DNA of 64,000 bases from Eledone cirrhosa (taxonomy: Eukaryota), in assembly GCA_964016885.1 (NCBI GenBank), contig OZ024741.1, positions 22,258,001 through 22,322,000 of the forward strand. The letters run 5' to 3'. The position numbers were made by a program, and so were the translations under genes. Below the pieces are notes generated by a model. That model had not been told where the DNA came from, ran no database searches, and worked only from the letters and a program-made list of their open reading frames with translations. Shown piece after piece: positions 1 through 13,093 of the stretch; position 1 is the first letter of the stretch, and each line of letters starts with the position of its first letter.

Positions 1-99
1 GACATATGAAATACTTTATATTCTGTTATATGTTTCAGCTATCACATTGCTATCCTATCATAAACAACTAAAACCAAGATACAAACAGAAAGCCTGAAC

Positions 100-750
100 C
101 AGCGTGGATGTGTAATTTAAAAAACAAAATTATGTCCCTGAGACGAATTATCGCACAGATCACTGTAGTTATAAAAGGCAACATAGCGAGCAACTTCACA
201 CGACACCAGGAAGACGTAAGAAAAAAGCTATAGAGGCGATTTGGCGATACAAGATTTAAAACTCTAAACTCCAAACTACACCAGTTGAAACAATAACTCA
301 CAGCTGCAACAGAAATACTAAAATATAAGTCAACAGCACATAAACGGCAAGTGCTAAATAGATTATTTGCCAGAGATCCTAAATCAGTTTATCGCAGTTT
401 GAATAGGAAAAGCTCAATCTCTGTAAATGACAAAAGAACAGGTTGAGAGCTACTGGAGATCTGTATGGGAAACGAATGATGGATTTAACAAACAAACTAA
501 ATGGCTAAAAGAACTGGATCAGGAATAAGGCCAGCATGTCCAGACAAAACATTATGACATAGATCAGTCAATACAGGAAACAGCTCTACAGAAAATGTTG
601 AATAGGAAATCACCAGGTCTGGGCCTGGTGATTTCCTATAACAGGATACTGGCTGTAGAATTTCACCTTCTATTGGCAAGATCTCATATGGCTGTTTAGA
701 GAAACCATCAAAGGCAGACAAGAACTGCCCCTATGGTTATCAACTGCCAC
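100..750 (+). mobile_element. Decayed R4/Dong-like non-LTR retrotransposon fragment (pre-RT region)
   Basis: Broken frames read LNRLFARDPKSVYRSL, YWRSVWE, WLKE and KSPGP, resembling the RT N-terminal region of restriction-like-endonuclease LINEs. Confidence 0.45.
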
Positions 751-769
751 TACTCTCTTCTTTTTTAAC

Positions 770-3547
770 TCTGTGATGGGGTTTTCAGTATAACTCGCTA
801 CAACTTGTTTCGTAAAGACCGCATTAATCGTGGTGGTGGTTGTGTAATGGTCTATGTTCGGTCAAATTTGTCGGCAATTCCTTGTGTTGATTTGAACCAA
901 TCACAGCAGGAAGTATTTTTCTGCGATATACGTATGACCATGTCAACACTGCTACTTGGAGTCGTTTACCGTCCCCCAAATTACCATCAGGACACTCAAC
1001 TTTGTGATATCCTCAGAGTTGCTGCCAGGAAAACAGCCACTTATGTTTTCATTGCAGGAGATTTCAATCACCCTGAGATTGACTGGAAACCTTTCGTTGG
1101 CCACCAAGTGCAAATGACTTCCTTGAGCTAATGCTGGACTCGAATTGGTCCCAAGTAGTCACCTCCCCAACAAGAGGTGACAACACTTTGGATCTAATCT
1201 TCACCACTACTCCTGAAACGGTCATTAGTGTTACTGCTGAGGAACCTTTAGGTGACTCTGATCATGCTATGATCATTGCCAGTCTATCCCTCATAGGCAG
1301 TAACAAGAACCACAACAATCTTCAAACTGCTCACTTTGACTGGAATAAAGCAGACTGGAACTGTTACTGCACCGAGTTGCAATGTCCAAACTGGCTTGAG
1401 TTCTACGACTCTGGAGATGTCAACACTGTACACCAGAACATCCTGAGCTCAATATGGACAGCATGTGCAGCATCGGTGCCATGTAAGCAGAAAAAACATC
1501 CCAAAAGTGCAATTTGGGAGACTGCAGCAGTCAGAAAAGAACGTTGTAATGAAAAGAACGTTGTAATGCTGAATGTGAGTACAAACTCCATAAATCAGAT
1601 ATCAATAGGAAGAGGCGAAATAAATCATCCAACCATCTCAAACAGGTGACAAAAAAGGCAGTGCTTCAATTTGAGCAGCATATAGCAACCAACCCTGACA
1701 GTAAGGTGTTCTGGAAGTATGTTCACTCAAAGCAGAGGCCTCACTCTCCAGTTGGTCCTCTTCACAATCCCCACACAAGCCAGGTTACTGACGACCCCAA
1801 GGAATGCGCAGAGCTCATTGCTGAATGCTATGCAGGCATTTTCACTATTGAAGACCAGAGTGTACCATCTCCACCACCTATGACACCGGATTCTATTACA
1901 ACAATGAAATTTACACCTGCAATGCTGCGATGTCACCTTAAAAATAAACGCAACCATGCCTCTTCTGGTCTTGATGGTGTTACGTACCTGCTTCTCAAAT
2001 GTGGTGGGTACTTCCTTCTGCACCAGCTATCACGCTTCTTCCAATTCTGTCTAAACAACGGTGCTACTCCAGAACAGTGGAAAACTGCCAGTGTCATTCC
2101 TCTGTTCAAAAAGGGTGACTGCACATCACCTGTGAACTATCGTGCAGTCAGTCTGACTAGCTGCATTGCCAAACTGATGGAATACTGTGTCAGAGAAACA
2201 CTTTGGAACTTCTGGAACTCGCAATTTGTATTTATCCCTAACTCCAGCTGCTGTGATCAACTTATCGAGTTTCTTGAAGACATCACCCGGATCACTGATG
2301 GTGGCTCATGGGTGGATGTTGTTTACCTTGATTTTGCTAAAGCTTTCAGTTCTGTGCCACACAAAAGGCTTATGGAAAAACTCTCTGCAATGGGTGTGAA
2401 GGATGACCTTTTTAACTGGTTGAAGTCCTTCATTCTCAGTCGAAGAGAAGTAGTCACGGTTCTGGGACAGCATTCCTCACCATATGAGATGTCATCTGGT
2501 GTACCACAGGGATCTGTTCTTGGTCCCCTTTTGTTTGTGGCATATATTAATGACATAGATGCCAACTTAAAGAATGCCACAGTACTGAAATATGCTGATG
2601 ACATCAAGCTGTACCTTAAGATAAAAAGGACAGATCCTGAACACTATAGATCTTGCCTGCAATCTGACCTGGACACAATGCAACAATGGATCACAGACTG
2701 GCAACTCAAGCTAGCTGTGGACAAGTGCACCACCATGCATTTTGGGAGTAAAAACCCAGTGTCCACATACTCCCTCCACAATATTAATATCAAGAAGTCT
2801 TCTTGTGAACGTGACCTGGGCATTACGGTCAGCAGCGATTTGCGTTGGACGAAGCACGTCTCTAAAATTGTCAAGAAGGCCGAGGGTGTCTTAGCATCAC
2901 CCAGCAAGACCTTTGTCAGCCGCTCTCCAGCTATCTATTTAAAGCTGTACATAGCTATGGTGCGGCCACACTTAGAATTTGCATCACCAGTCTGGAACCC
3001 CTATCCTGCTCAGAACATTGACCGCCTGGAAACTGTTCAGAGACGTGCAACCAAGCGAATACCCTCCATCTCTGAATGCCTTGCTTCCCTGGGCATGGAT
3101 ACATTGAAGCTCCAACGTCTGGCAACTGACTTGGTAAACACCCACAAGATTATTAACTATCTTGCCAACAACAACCCTGAGTACCTTTTTGATTTCATGT
3201 GTCTAACACACGTGGGCATACCTACAAAGTCAGAAACAGCACAGCTCCCATGACTTTCGGAAACATTTTTTCACGCTCAGAGTTGCTGAAGCATGGAACA
3301 AACTCCCTGCTTCAGTTGTTAGCTGTTGAGACACTGCATCCTTTAAAACCTCCATGCTTCCTGAGATTCGCCAACACTACACCTGATATTCCCCCTCCAT
3401 ACACATACACACATGTATACCATGACTCATACACTATTCACTTCCCTGACATTTGTATATTATTCTATGTACTATACATGCACCTTTGACAAGTTGTAGT
3501 GCACCTGAGCACTTTACACAATAATTTCATTATTATTATTATTATTA
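770..3547 (+). mobile_element. CR1-type LINE, 5'-truncated and frameshifted ORF2 (APE + RT) with 3'UTR and (TAT)n tail
   Basis: APE motifs RKDR..GGG, YRPP, GDFN, PTR..LDL, SDH; RT motifs YLDFAKAF, GVPQGSVLGP, YADD; tail cacctgagcac...tattattatt. Confidence 0.93.
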
Positions 3548-3724
3548 ATCCTCATATGTCCAATGAAAGACACAGCCAATGTGTTTCAATTAATTTTGAA
3601 AAAGATCAAAAGTTTGAAAAGATTTAGAAATATAACTAACTTTCACATCATTAAACTGGTGCTTGGAACATAACTTAACAAAGGTTCTTAAATAAATTAT
3701 CATGAAAAGCTTTTATATGAATAT

Positions 3725-4258
3725 AACGTTGGTATGGACATGTGATGCATATGAAGGATGACAGCTGCATAAAAAGGTGCAGAGCACTAGAAGTCGATGG
3801 AAGCCACGGAGTAGGGAGACCGAAGAAGACCTGGGATGAGGTGATAAAAGCCGACCTTACCTAATTGCACCTCTCAAGGGTGATGACACACGACCGTGAT
3901 GTCTGGCGTCATGCAGTAATACAGACGACCCGACTTCCCACGAGTACAAGCTGAAGCTGAAGCATATAGTCAATATGCACCCACCCCCTCCCACTGCAAA
4001 GTGGTCGTGGAGGTGCCACGCAAAAAAGAACCCAGCCCACACTGTAAAGTGGACGTGTAGGCGCCTCGGAAAAAAAGCACCCAGCACTCACTGTAAATGA
4101 GGTTGGTGTTAGGAAGGGCATCCAGCTATAGAAATCAAGCCAGAATCAGTTCCCGTATGAACAAGACAAGGTCAGCCGACTGGACACTGCTCACAACAGG
4201 ACAACCCGTCTAACCCCTGCTAGCGTGGAAGAACAGACGTAAAACGGTGATGATGATA
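3725..4258 (+). mobile_element. RTE-type LINE 3' end with (GAT)n tail
   Basis: RWYGHVMHM...GRPKKTW coding end, 3'UTR homologous to 37795-38330, ends in gatgatgat. Confidence 0.7.
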
Positions 4259-4569
4259 ACCCTTTCATTACCATATTTCTAATGAAAGACATTGTCAATG
4301 TGTTTCAATTATTTTTTTAAATAATAAATATGTTGGGAGAATTTAGTTATACAGAGTGAATTTAGTTATACAAAAGTCTTGCTTTTGTTTCATAGATACC
4401 ATTTTGTTACTGAAAATTACAACTACTTCCTGTAGAAGAGAAAATGTAAAACATGTTTAGAAAAACTTGAAACTTGAAATTTATAAATTAAAACAATGAA
4501 AAAGTAGAACCTCAAATAGTATGAGATATGGTATTTTATAATCAGGTAAATACTTTATGCTCACTCTAT

Positions 4570-5010
4570 AATAATAATAATGAAAATTATTGTGTACAGT
4601 GCCCAGGTGCACTACAACTCATCAAAGGTGCATGTATAGTACATAGAATAATATACAAATGTCAGGAAAGTGAACAATGTATGAGTCATGATATACACAC
4701 AGATACACATGTGCGTGTATATGGAGGGGGAATATCAGGTGTAGTGTTGGCAAATTTTGGGAAGCATGGAAGTTTTGAAGGATGCAGTGCCTCGACAGCT
4801 AATAACTGATGCAGGTAGTCTTTTTCATGCTTCAGCAACTCTGAGTATGAAAAAATGTTTCCGAAAGTCATGGGAGCTGCGCTGTTTTCTGACTTTGTTA
4901 GCATGTCATGGGTTTTAGACACATGGAATTCAAAAAGGTGTTCAGGGTTGTTGTTGGCAAGATGGTTAATAATTTTATGGGTGTTTAGCAAGTCAGTTGC
5001 TAAATGTCAA
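4570..5010 (-). mobile_element. CR1-type LINE 3' fragment
   Basis: Reverse complement matches about 3110-3545. Confidence 0.9.
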
Positions 5011-5799
5011 AGCTTTCATTAAGGTTTAAAAATAAGTTTGAACACTTTAGTACCATAGAAATAAGGGTGATTTCAAGCAGCTTGATATCAAAAGGGTTGA
5101 TCCCTTTTAGGTCAGCTTTGATTTGAAAGATATTTCAGCTGTAACCAACACATATTTTAGCCAGACATAGTGTATCTAGAACTACATTATCCAATACATC
5201 CGTCCTTTTTGTAAAAGATAGTATGGTGATATGAGGGAGATTTGACTTCTATTTCTAGCAAGTCAAGCCATAATGTAAAATCTCCCATGTTGACTTATCT
5301 CAGTATGTTTGTGTCTGTGTTTGCAGGGATAATTAAATTGATGGGAGGAGAGAGTCGGGTATTGATATAATATTTATTGTAATATTTATGTTTCATAAAG
5401 GAGCTGGGAGGAGGTGTACCAAAGTTCTGCTGCATGAGGATCAGAGACCAGGAGGTGTTTGGCTTTGTAAAGTGTATCAATGTATCAGTGTGAATCAGGA
5501 TATTATTGGGGAAAAGTTTATTCAAAATGACACTGGTGCACTTAACACCACTGACAGTGAAAAGAACAAGGCCTGGGAATGTTATTACAAGAGGTCAATG
5601 TATAGAGAAAGGGGTGGAAGGAAGAGGGACTACCTCTAGTTGACAGTAACTATTAAAGGAAATAAACTTCGTTTAGGGACACAACACTATGGTAAAGGAC
5701 GTGCGTCTACATGTGAGAACACAGATACCTAAATATGGAATGTTACGCGAATGTTACGGAATGTATGTATATGTGTATATTTGTGTATACTGTATATAT

Positions 5800-6557
5800 A
5801 TATCTGTAGCAGTTGCCTCCCTTGTTGTGACTCACAACCCCAATAGATTAACAACATCTAGACGGGAAGTAGAATCCTTTCTGTAACTTCCGGTCAGAAC
5901 CCTATAAAACTAACAACTTTAAGTTCTCACTCTCTCATTTGCCCTTCCGGCGCCTGGCCTTCGCCAGGCGTCCCGCTATATTGGTAACCCTGACGTGATA
6001 CGAACACGCAGCCGTTCATTGGTATAAGTGGTCACCCCCCACCCACCCACCCCCCAAAAAATAGCAGAATCTGGTGTTGTGTGAGTAACATTACGAATAC
6101 ACAGCAAATTTATTGACAAACTATGAAAATACTCAGTCAAAGAAACGCACACACGCACATGTGAAACTTTCGTGCAGACAGACCTTTTCTCTCACGCATC
6201 AACTAACTGTCGCATTTCACGATATATATATATGTTTCTCCAAGAAACGAACACACCACGCACATGTGAAATTCGCGTTCAGACAGACTTTTTCTCTCAC
6301 GCATCAACTAACTGTCGCATTTCACGGGTTGAAAACTGCGCATTTAATCAGAATGCTTATTTCTTTGGTCTATATATATATATATATCTGTAGCAGTTGC
6401 CTCCCTTGTTGTGACTCACAACCCCAATAGATTAACAACATCTAGACGGGAAGTAGAACCCTTTCTGTAACTTCCGGTCAGAACCCTATAAAACTAACAA
6501 CTTTAAGTTCTCACTCTCTCATTTGCCCTTCCGGCGCCTGGCCTTCGCCAGGCGTCT
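5800..6557. repeat. Two direct repeats of about 170 bp (5800-5972, 6383-6557) enclosing a duplicated segment of about 70 bp
   Basis: Near-identical tgtagcagttgcctccc...cgccaggcgtc copies, each after (TA)n. Inner duplication at about 6153-6220 and 6258-6325. Confidence 0.85.
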
Positions 6558-7267
6558 TCTGCCAGCCGCGTTTGCCTGGCAATCAAAACGGTAACTACTA
6601 ACTTTGCTTCATTCTTTCATTTATTCATTGACATGTCAACTATACTGTTAAATTGTTGATTAAATAGTATACACACAAACCATGTCTCCTTGTTACATTC
6701 ATACACACTAGTTCTCCGCTATATATCTGTGTGTGTGTGTGTCTGTGTGCATGTATGGGTATGCGTGTATGTGTATTTCCATGTACGTGTATTATATTTG
6801 TTCATTTGCGAGTGTGGATTTATATAGATATTGATATATATATATATATATATATATGTGGGTGTTTATATATAAGTATGTATGCGAGTACGTATGTATG
6901 TATATGTATTTACATTATTCTTAACTCAGACGGTGAGAATCATTCGGTTTCCTAAATAGAATATTAGTCTAATGACTCCGTTTATACCATAAACGTGGTT
7001 TTGTCTTTGCGTGTAATTGTTCTCATCGCTCCACATAATGACGCATTATCTTCGCTTTTTTCCGTTCATTACCAGGGAAAGTCTTCATGAACTAAAGTAT
7101 CATCTTACTGTTTTCCTCCGGTTGCAACATTTTTTCGAAATATTTACTTCTGCGTTCACAGATTGATTTCTTTAGTTTCAGAAGATCCCGTTAAGGGTGA
7201 AAGCAGCGATTCTTTGCTTAAACTTTAATCTGTTATTTTAATAAATATCTATATATATATATATATA

Positions 7268-7511
7268 ATCATCATCATCATTTCATTTTACGTCCGCTTT
7301 TCCCTGCTTGCAAGGGTGGGACGGGAACTGATTCTGGCTTGATTTCTACAGCTGGATGCCCTTCCTAACACCAACATCATTTACGGTGAGTGCTGGGTGC
7401 TTTTTTGTCGTGGCACCTCCACGACCACTTTGCAGTAGAATGATATGGACCCCAGTCCTATCATCTCATTTCTACAGCTGAGTAAACTGGAGCAATGTGA
7501 AATAAAGTGTC
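7268..7511 (-). mobile_element. SINE family B, truncated at the mariner insertion
   Basis: Matches 43552-43885 up to aataaagtgtc. Confidence 0.8.
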
Positions 7512-7518
7512 ATATATA

Positions 7519-8411
7519 CAGGGTGCGAACGATATTTGTTCGCAAGATTACTGTCTAGGAAAAAATAACACAGTCGTTTTATTTTTTTAAATATATTTAT
7601 CAAACTTGGGTCAGTTTGTCTTCTTGACTTGTTCTTTCGATCTCACTCGATAAATCCGCCATTGGCTTTGATGACGGCCTCAAGGTGGCCTCGGAACCAG
7701 CTACAGGCCTTCAGCACTGTCCCCCAACTTAGGCCCCTAAAGGCACTTGTGATCCTGGCCTTCAGATTGTCTTTCGTATTGCAGCTAGATATGTTGGTGT
7801 ATCGTTCCACTGCGCCCCACACAAAGAAGTCGAGGGGGTTGCAGTCAGGCGAGCTGGGAAGCCAGATGTCAGGTGAAGTGTGGTCGACGAAGTTCTCTGA
7901 CAGCCAGGCTTGGGTCCTTCGGCTGGTATGGCAGGGCACTGAGTCTTGCTGCCACACGTACGGCCTACCTGCAGCTACCTGGTCGATCCAGGGCTTTACT
8001 ACCTTGCTCAGAACGTGGATGTAGCCATCGGTGTTCAGCTTGAGGCCCTCAGGGAAGAAGTGAGGTGGCATGTCGTCACCTTGACTGCTGACGACACCTA
8101 AGATCAATGTTGTCGCTGGAAACTTTGTCTGCATGACTCTGGGCATGTCTTTGGATAAGACAGCGAGCCACCTCTAGTTCTGGGAGTTGATCTTCTGGTC
8201 CTTATTTGTCCTCCCGGCACGGATTCCAAGAAGAACTCCGTGTCTCTTTCACAAATTTGGAGGTTCAAAATTATTCATAATCAATTATTCTGAAAATAAA
8301 TAATGGAAATATAGTCACTGTTTTTATGAAGACAAGAGTGACAACGGAAGTAAAACAAATTTGCATAAAATTAGCAGTTGAAAATTGCGAACAAATTTCG
8401 TCCACACCCTG
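7519..8411 (-). mobile_element. Internally deleted Tc1/mariner (DD37D/maT-type) DNA transposon
   Basis: 27-bp TIRs CAGGGTGCGAACGATATTTGTTCGCAA and CAGGGTGTGGACGAAATTTGTTCGCAA, TA on both sides. ORF 7643-8146 has WQQD-37aa-D (SPDCNPLD). Confidence 0.92.
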
Positions 8412-8669
8412 TATATATACACACACACACATCATCATCATCAGCATCCTCCTTTTTCAAACAACATAACCATTATGTCCCAACAATTCATGTCACTATT
8501 TATTACTCCAAAAGAAATAAAATATAAATAATATAAAAAGCTTTACACATGATAGGTATTCAATTTATATTTGTAAAAGTTATATATACAAGTTTGTTGT
8601 ATTCACATGATCTATATTGTGATGGTCTTTACATCCATATCTTAGTTGTCTTATAATCCATGAATTTGG

Positions 8670-9570
8670 CAATCATCATCATTATCACGATTGTGAACAC
8701 AGTTGAACATTCCTGACAAGGTCTCTCCATAATTCATGATTTTCCATTGCGCTTGGCAACTGTATCATCTGAGAGTTTATCAATGAAGGTTTGAGCAGGT
8801 CTTCTACTGCGTCTTCCATGAGTTTGGCAACTGTATCATCTGAGAGTTTATCAATGAAGGTTTGAGCAGGTCTTCTACTGCGTCTTCCATGAGTTTGGCA
8901 ACTGTATCATCTGAGAGTTTATCAATGAAGGTTTGAGCAGGTCTTCTACTGCGTCTTCCATGAGTTTGGCAACTGTATCATCTGAGAGTTTATCAATGAA
9001 GGTTTGAGCAGGTCTTCTACTGCGTCTTCCATGAGTTTGGTTCTCACAATAGCTAGATAGATCATCATCATCACCATTGCGATCACAGTCGAACATTCTT
9101 GACAAAGTCTTAGCAACTGCTCCCTACTGAGGTTTGTATCATCTGAAAGTTGATCAATAAAGGTTCAAGCAAATCTTCCTCTACTGCATCTCTCGTGAGT
9201 TGATTCCCACAATCATATCTTGTATATAACTTCCTGAGTTGATTCCCACAATAGTAACTGGTGTATAACTTCCTGCTTCCTTCTCCAGCAATGTCCTGTA
9301 AATCATAACTGTCTTTCAGTAATTGTAGTTGGTATCTTGGGCAAGATTCCATATAAACTTTCATTTGTAATACGTTAACACCAGTTTATGTTTTGTACAA
9401 CCCTAAGCATTTTAGTATATGTTTCATCTAGTTTCTTCTCAAGTACTTGTGTGAAGGTCCATGTACCTCATACAACAACACTGACTCAACAGATGTTCTG
9501 AAGAATAATATTTTGATTTTCTGGATAGGTCTGACTTACACATCCTTTCCATGATACTGATCCATGTCTC
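8670..9570 (-). mobile_element. Decayed RTE-like LINE 3' fragments
   Basis: Remnants such as THGRRSRRPAQTFIDKLSDDT and gat-repeat tails, present in partly duplicated form. Confidence 0.55.
8753..9040. repeat. 71-bp minisatellite, 4 copies, derived from RTE 3' coding end
   Basis: ttggcaactgtatcatctgagag recurs at 8753, 8824, 8895 and 8966. Confidence 0.92.
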
Positions 9571-10095
9571 AACTAATCCATACTGTCACTTAATCCTTAT
9601 CTAATCCACATGCTCTGAACTATGGGGTTTTCTTATGATAATTCTCATCATTGAAAATATTTTCAATTGAATGTGTTCTTTGAATAATAAATGCTAGGGA
9701 GATCATATCCCTACATATTGTAAGAGGCAACAAGATTGATTTGAGCCAAGGTCATCTGGCTGTAAAATAGAAAGCCTGTTCTGAACCCACAAGGTTAACC
9801 TCTGATTTAGTAGGGAAAACAACTTTAAAACGATTGTTGTTATGTCTGTTGTTCAAATATTAAGAAATGTGTTTATAGTTTGTGGGTGTCAATAAGATCA
9901 CAGTGTACTTATATCATTTTTGAATGTGACTCATTTGTAACTAGGTTCAGTAATTTAGTTGGAATGTTACTGTAATATACCGATCCTTTTTAATTTGGTT
10001 GATAAATTAATGAATTATAACACATGTCCACACATTTTCAATACTCAGTAACTAATTTATAGAGCTTGTGTATTACAATTACCAGTTATTTACAT

Positions 10096-10465
10096 ATACT
10101 CTATTTTCCAATGTATAAGATGCAGTTTTTTTTACTCCAAACTTTTATGTCAAAATCTGCTTGTGTCCTATATATTAATAATATAAATACAATAATAAGG
10201 TGGCATCAGTAAAACAGTGGATGGTATTGAGGATGATATTCTCTTTGAAAATGGCAGTGTACACAATGATGAAATTGTTAATGTTTTCCAAGCCATAGTT
10301 AAAGCAACAAGGAATTTGTAAGTTTTGAGGTTAACTAAATATACCTTTCTTTATTGTGCTTTAAGAATTCTTTCCAATATGAGGTTGAAGTTTTGTTCAA
10401 TAAAATTTTTTAAAATAATTTTCCCCAAATAAGAGTGCACCAAATCCACCAATATATCCTGAACA
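10096..10465 (+). mobile_element. Possible decayed pogo/Tigger-like remnant
   Basis: Start tactctattttccaatgtataagatgca resembles pogo-type termini; internal peptide GISKTVDGIEDDILF resembles a pogo transposase C-terminus. Right end is poorly defined. Confidence 0.35.
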
Positions 10466-11027
10466 GTAAGACAATTTTCTAAGAGTAATGAACATGTTAT
10501 GAAGACATTTTGAAGTTAGTTAACTGATAACTTTCCTTCCTTCAAATGAAAACAAAACTGTTTTGAAATAAACCTTATATTTCAAAATTGTTTTGAAATA
10601 AGCCTTATATTTTATACTGACTTGTATATTTTCGTTATTTTTCATATCATATTCCTTATTCGGGATTTCAATTTGATTATAAATCAGCAAATCAACTTAA
10701 TTTGTTCCAGTTTCATCGAGATATTCAAATGTAATTTTAAAAAAAATAACATTTGTTATTATCGTCATGAGAAATTAATATTCTCTCTTCCATGTAGGCA
10801 AAAGTTTAATTTAAATGTCAACTGACATCATCATCATCATCACCGTTTAACGTCCACTTTTTCCACGTTAACATGGGTTTACAATATCCTCTCTACTAAT
10901 TTACATTTCTGAGTTCAAACCAAGTCTACATTGACTTTATTTTTATTTTCAGAGATAATAAACAGCAGTAATATACACAGGTCGATTAGGTCAACTCTTT
11001 TCTTGAAGTAAATAGTGTTTGATAATA

Positions 11028-11240
11028 ATGGTTTCTTATATAGGCACAAGGTAAGCAATTTTGGGTGAGGGGAAAGTTGATTAAATCAACCCCAGGGCAT
11101 TACTGGTGCTTTATTTTTATCGACTTCATAAGGATGACAGGCAAAGTTAACCTTGGTGTGATTGAATTCAGAACGTAAAGGGTGATGACTCTATGTCGCT
11201 AAGCATGTTGTCGGACGCTCTACCGATTCTGCCACTCCAC
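11028..11240 (-). mobile_element. SINE family A, diverged copy
   Basis: Similar to the reverse complement of 39903-40091. Confidence 0.7.
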
Positions 11241-11402
11241 AAGGCCACTGCTATTCCTGTCGTAGTTGGAGAACTGGGTTTGATAAGCAAGGGAAGTGAC
11301 AAACTCTTGGATCAAATGCCAAGTATACCATATATAAAAGAAATTAAAAAAACCGTACTTATTAATACTGATCACATTTTGTGAAGAGCATTGTCAATGT
11401 AA
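11240..11402 (+). mobile_element. R4/Dong-like endonuclease C-terminal fragment
   Basis: IPVVVGELG...EIKKTVLINTDHIL resembles the P-V-GALG...QK--LLGTAHILR end of R4-clade ORFs. Confidence 0.55.
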
Positions 11403-11560
11403 TGTTGGGAGGGCAAACTGCGTTATAGCCATGGACAAAAGGGTGCAGTTTATCCATTATATGTTTTATAATAATCAGTTATCTACAGAACTGTAAAATG
11501 TGTTATAACAAACCATCACCCACACCAGGCCCCACAGATATCCAAGGAAAAAAAAAAAAA

Positions 11561-11610
<50 letters not shown>

Positions 11611-11914
11611 CAATGGTAATAACAATGAACCAAAGGAAGATTATAGAAAATTGAAGGGAAATTTCTGTTTCCCATAAGAGTTAGGTGAATAGAAATATAT
11701 ATTTTACAGTAATATCCACTAGAATGCTTCCCTTGGTGACCAACCTTTTAAAATTTTGGTACATTCTGTCCAAATTTTGAAGTCAGAGATCTTTTTAGTT
11801 TATATGGCAAAACCCTAAAAAAACTTCTAAGAATTTATCAATTTTAATCTCAAGAAAAACACCATTAAGTTTCACTTAAAATTTATTTCGATGTTGAGAG
11901 TGGTATATCCTTGT

Positions 11915-13093
11915 TCAATTCCGTGAAGGAAACACTTTTAGTTTTCCTGCATCACTTAGTTCATTCCTAGTTTCATTCTTTTTAGAATTTGAAGACAAAA
12001 CTTTAGGTTTCCAATATTTTTTCTGTTTAATTTTTGAGATAACAGTTTTTAGCTTACTGGTTTCATTCTTTTTAAACATTGAAGAAAAAGCCTTGGGTTT
12101 CCACTTATTTTTCTGTCCAAATTTTGAAAGCGCATGTTGTATTTTCCCAGTTTCATTCTTTTTTAAATTTGAAGAAAAAACCCTAGGTTTCCATGGAAGT
12201 TTCTTGTTAAACAGTAAAGGAACTGCTTCCTGTATTTTCCCAGTTTCATTCTTTTTAATCTTTGAAGAAAAAACCTTGATTTTCCATGGAATTTTCTTGT
12301 TAGGAACTGCTTCCTGTATTTTCCCAGTTTTATTCTTTTTAATCTTTGAAGAAAAAACCTTGATTTTCCATGGAATTTTCTTGTTAGGAACTGCTTCCTG
12401 TATTTTCCCAGTTTTATTCTTTTTAATCTTTGAAGAAAAAACCTTGATTTTCCATGGAATTTTCTTGTTAGGAACTGCTTCCTGTATTTTCCCAGTTTTA
12501 TTCTTTTTAATCTTTGAAGAAAAAACCTTGTTAGACTTTGGAGCAAATGCTTCCTGTATTTTCCCAGTTTTATTCTGTGTAAATTTTAAGGAATATTTTA
12601 TCTTGTTTTTGTTTAATATTATTGTGTTTGATTTATATTTATTTTGTATCCGATAAATAGATGGTTTAATGGATGTTTTCAAGAAAAACGTTTTATATTT
12701 CAGTTTTTCTAAATTTACACCAGACGTGATATTTATTTTACCGTCTGCCCAAGTTTTTTGTTTCCCATGTTTCGGGACGTTTTTTAAGGGTTTCGTCTGT
12801 GTTGCTTGTATGTTATATTTCCGTTGTATTTCATTCCTTTTACGTAGATAATTTCGGTTAGGTTTAGGTTTAGAGAAATATTTCACTGACGGGATTTTAA
12901 TTTTGTCTTTGTGATTTTTTCCACTGGAAAATTTATACGTTCGTTTGAATTCATTTTTCGGCATATATTCGCTTGCAAAGAAACCGTATGTCATCACTAA
13001 GCTTACAAGAACAACTGAGAAAAGTACAAGCAAATAAAAAGTTTTAATGCTTGTAATACTACAACATGCCTTTTTCTTTTGACGTTTTAACAT
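11915..13093 (-). CDS. Lys-rich type II membrane protein (392 aa) with 28-aa tandem repeats; resembles a glycosyltransferase cytoplasmic tail, anchor and stem exon
   Basis: Short basic N-tail, hydrophobic anchor FYLLVLFSVVLVSLVMTYGFF, about 8 repeats (KIKKNKTGKIQEAVPNKKIPWKIKVFSS). 1.18 kb ORF in very AT-rich DNA. Candidate 5'UTR intron 13099-13271 (GTAAGT...pyrimidine tract..TAAG) ends 5 nt before the ATG. Confidence 0.7.
   Translation of the reverse strand: MLKRQKKKACCSITSIKTFYLLVLFSVVLVSLVMTYGFFASEYMPKNEFKRTYKFSSGKNHKDKIKIPSVKYFSKPKPNRNYLRKRNEIQRKYNIQATQTKPLKNVPKHGKQKTWADGKINITSGVNLEKLKYKTFFLKTSIKPSIYRIQNKYKSNTIILNKNKIKYSLKFTQNKTGKIQEAFAPKSNKVFSSKIKKNKTGKIQEAVPNKKIPWKIKVFSSKIKKNKTGKIQEAVPNKKIPWKIKVFSSKIKKNKTGKIQEAVPNKKIPWKIKVFSSKIKKNETGKIQEAVPLLFNKKLPWKPRVFSSNLKKNETGKIQHALSKFGQKNKWKPKAFSSMFKKNETSKLKTVISKIKQKKYWKPKVLSSNSKKNETRNELSDAGKLKVFPSRN
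12231..12575. repeat. 84-bp in-frame coding tandem repeat
   Basis: tgtattttcccagtt recurs at 12231, 12315, 12399 and 12483, with degenerate copies on both sides. Confidence 0.9.

Noticed and set aside
1-11900. Downstream catalytic exons for the Lys-rich ORF
   Set aside because: No glycosyltransferase-like exon was recognised on the minus strand by eye; short exons could have been missed.
12093-12656. Hydrophobic 187-aa plus-strand ORF
   Set aside because: Antisense shadow of the Lys-rich repeat ORF.
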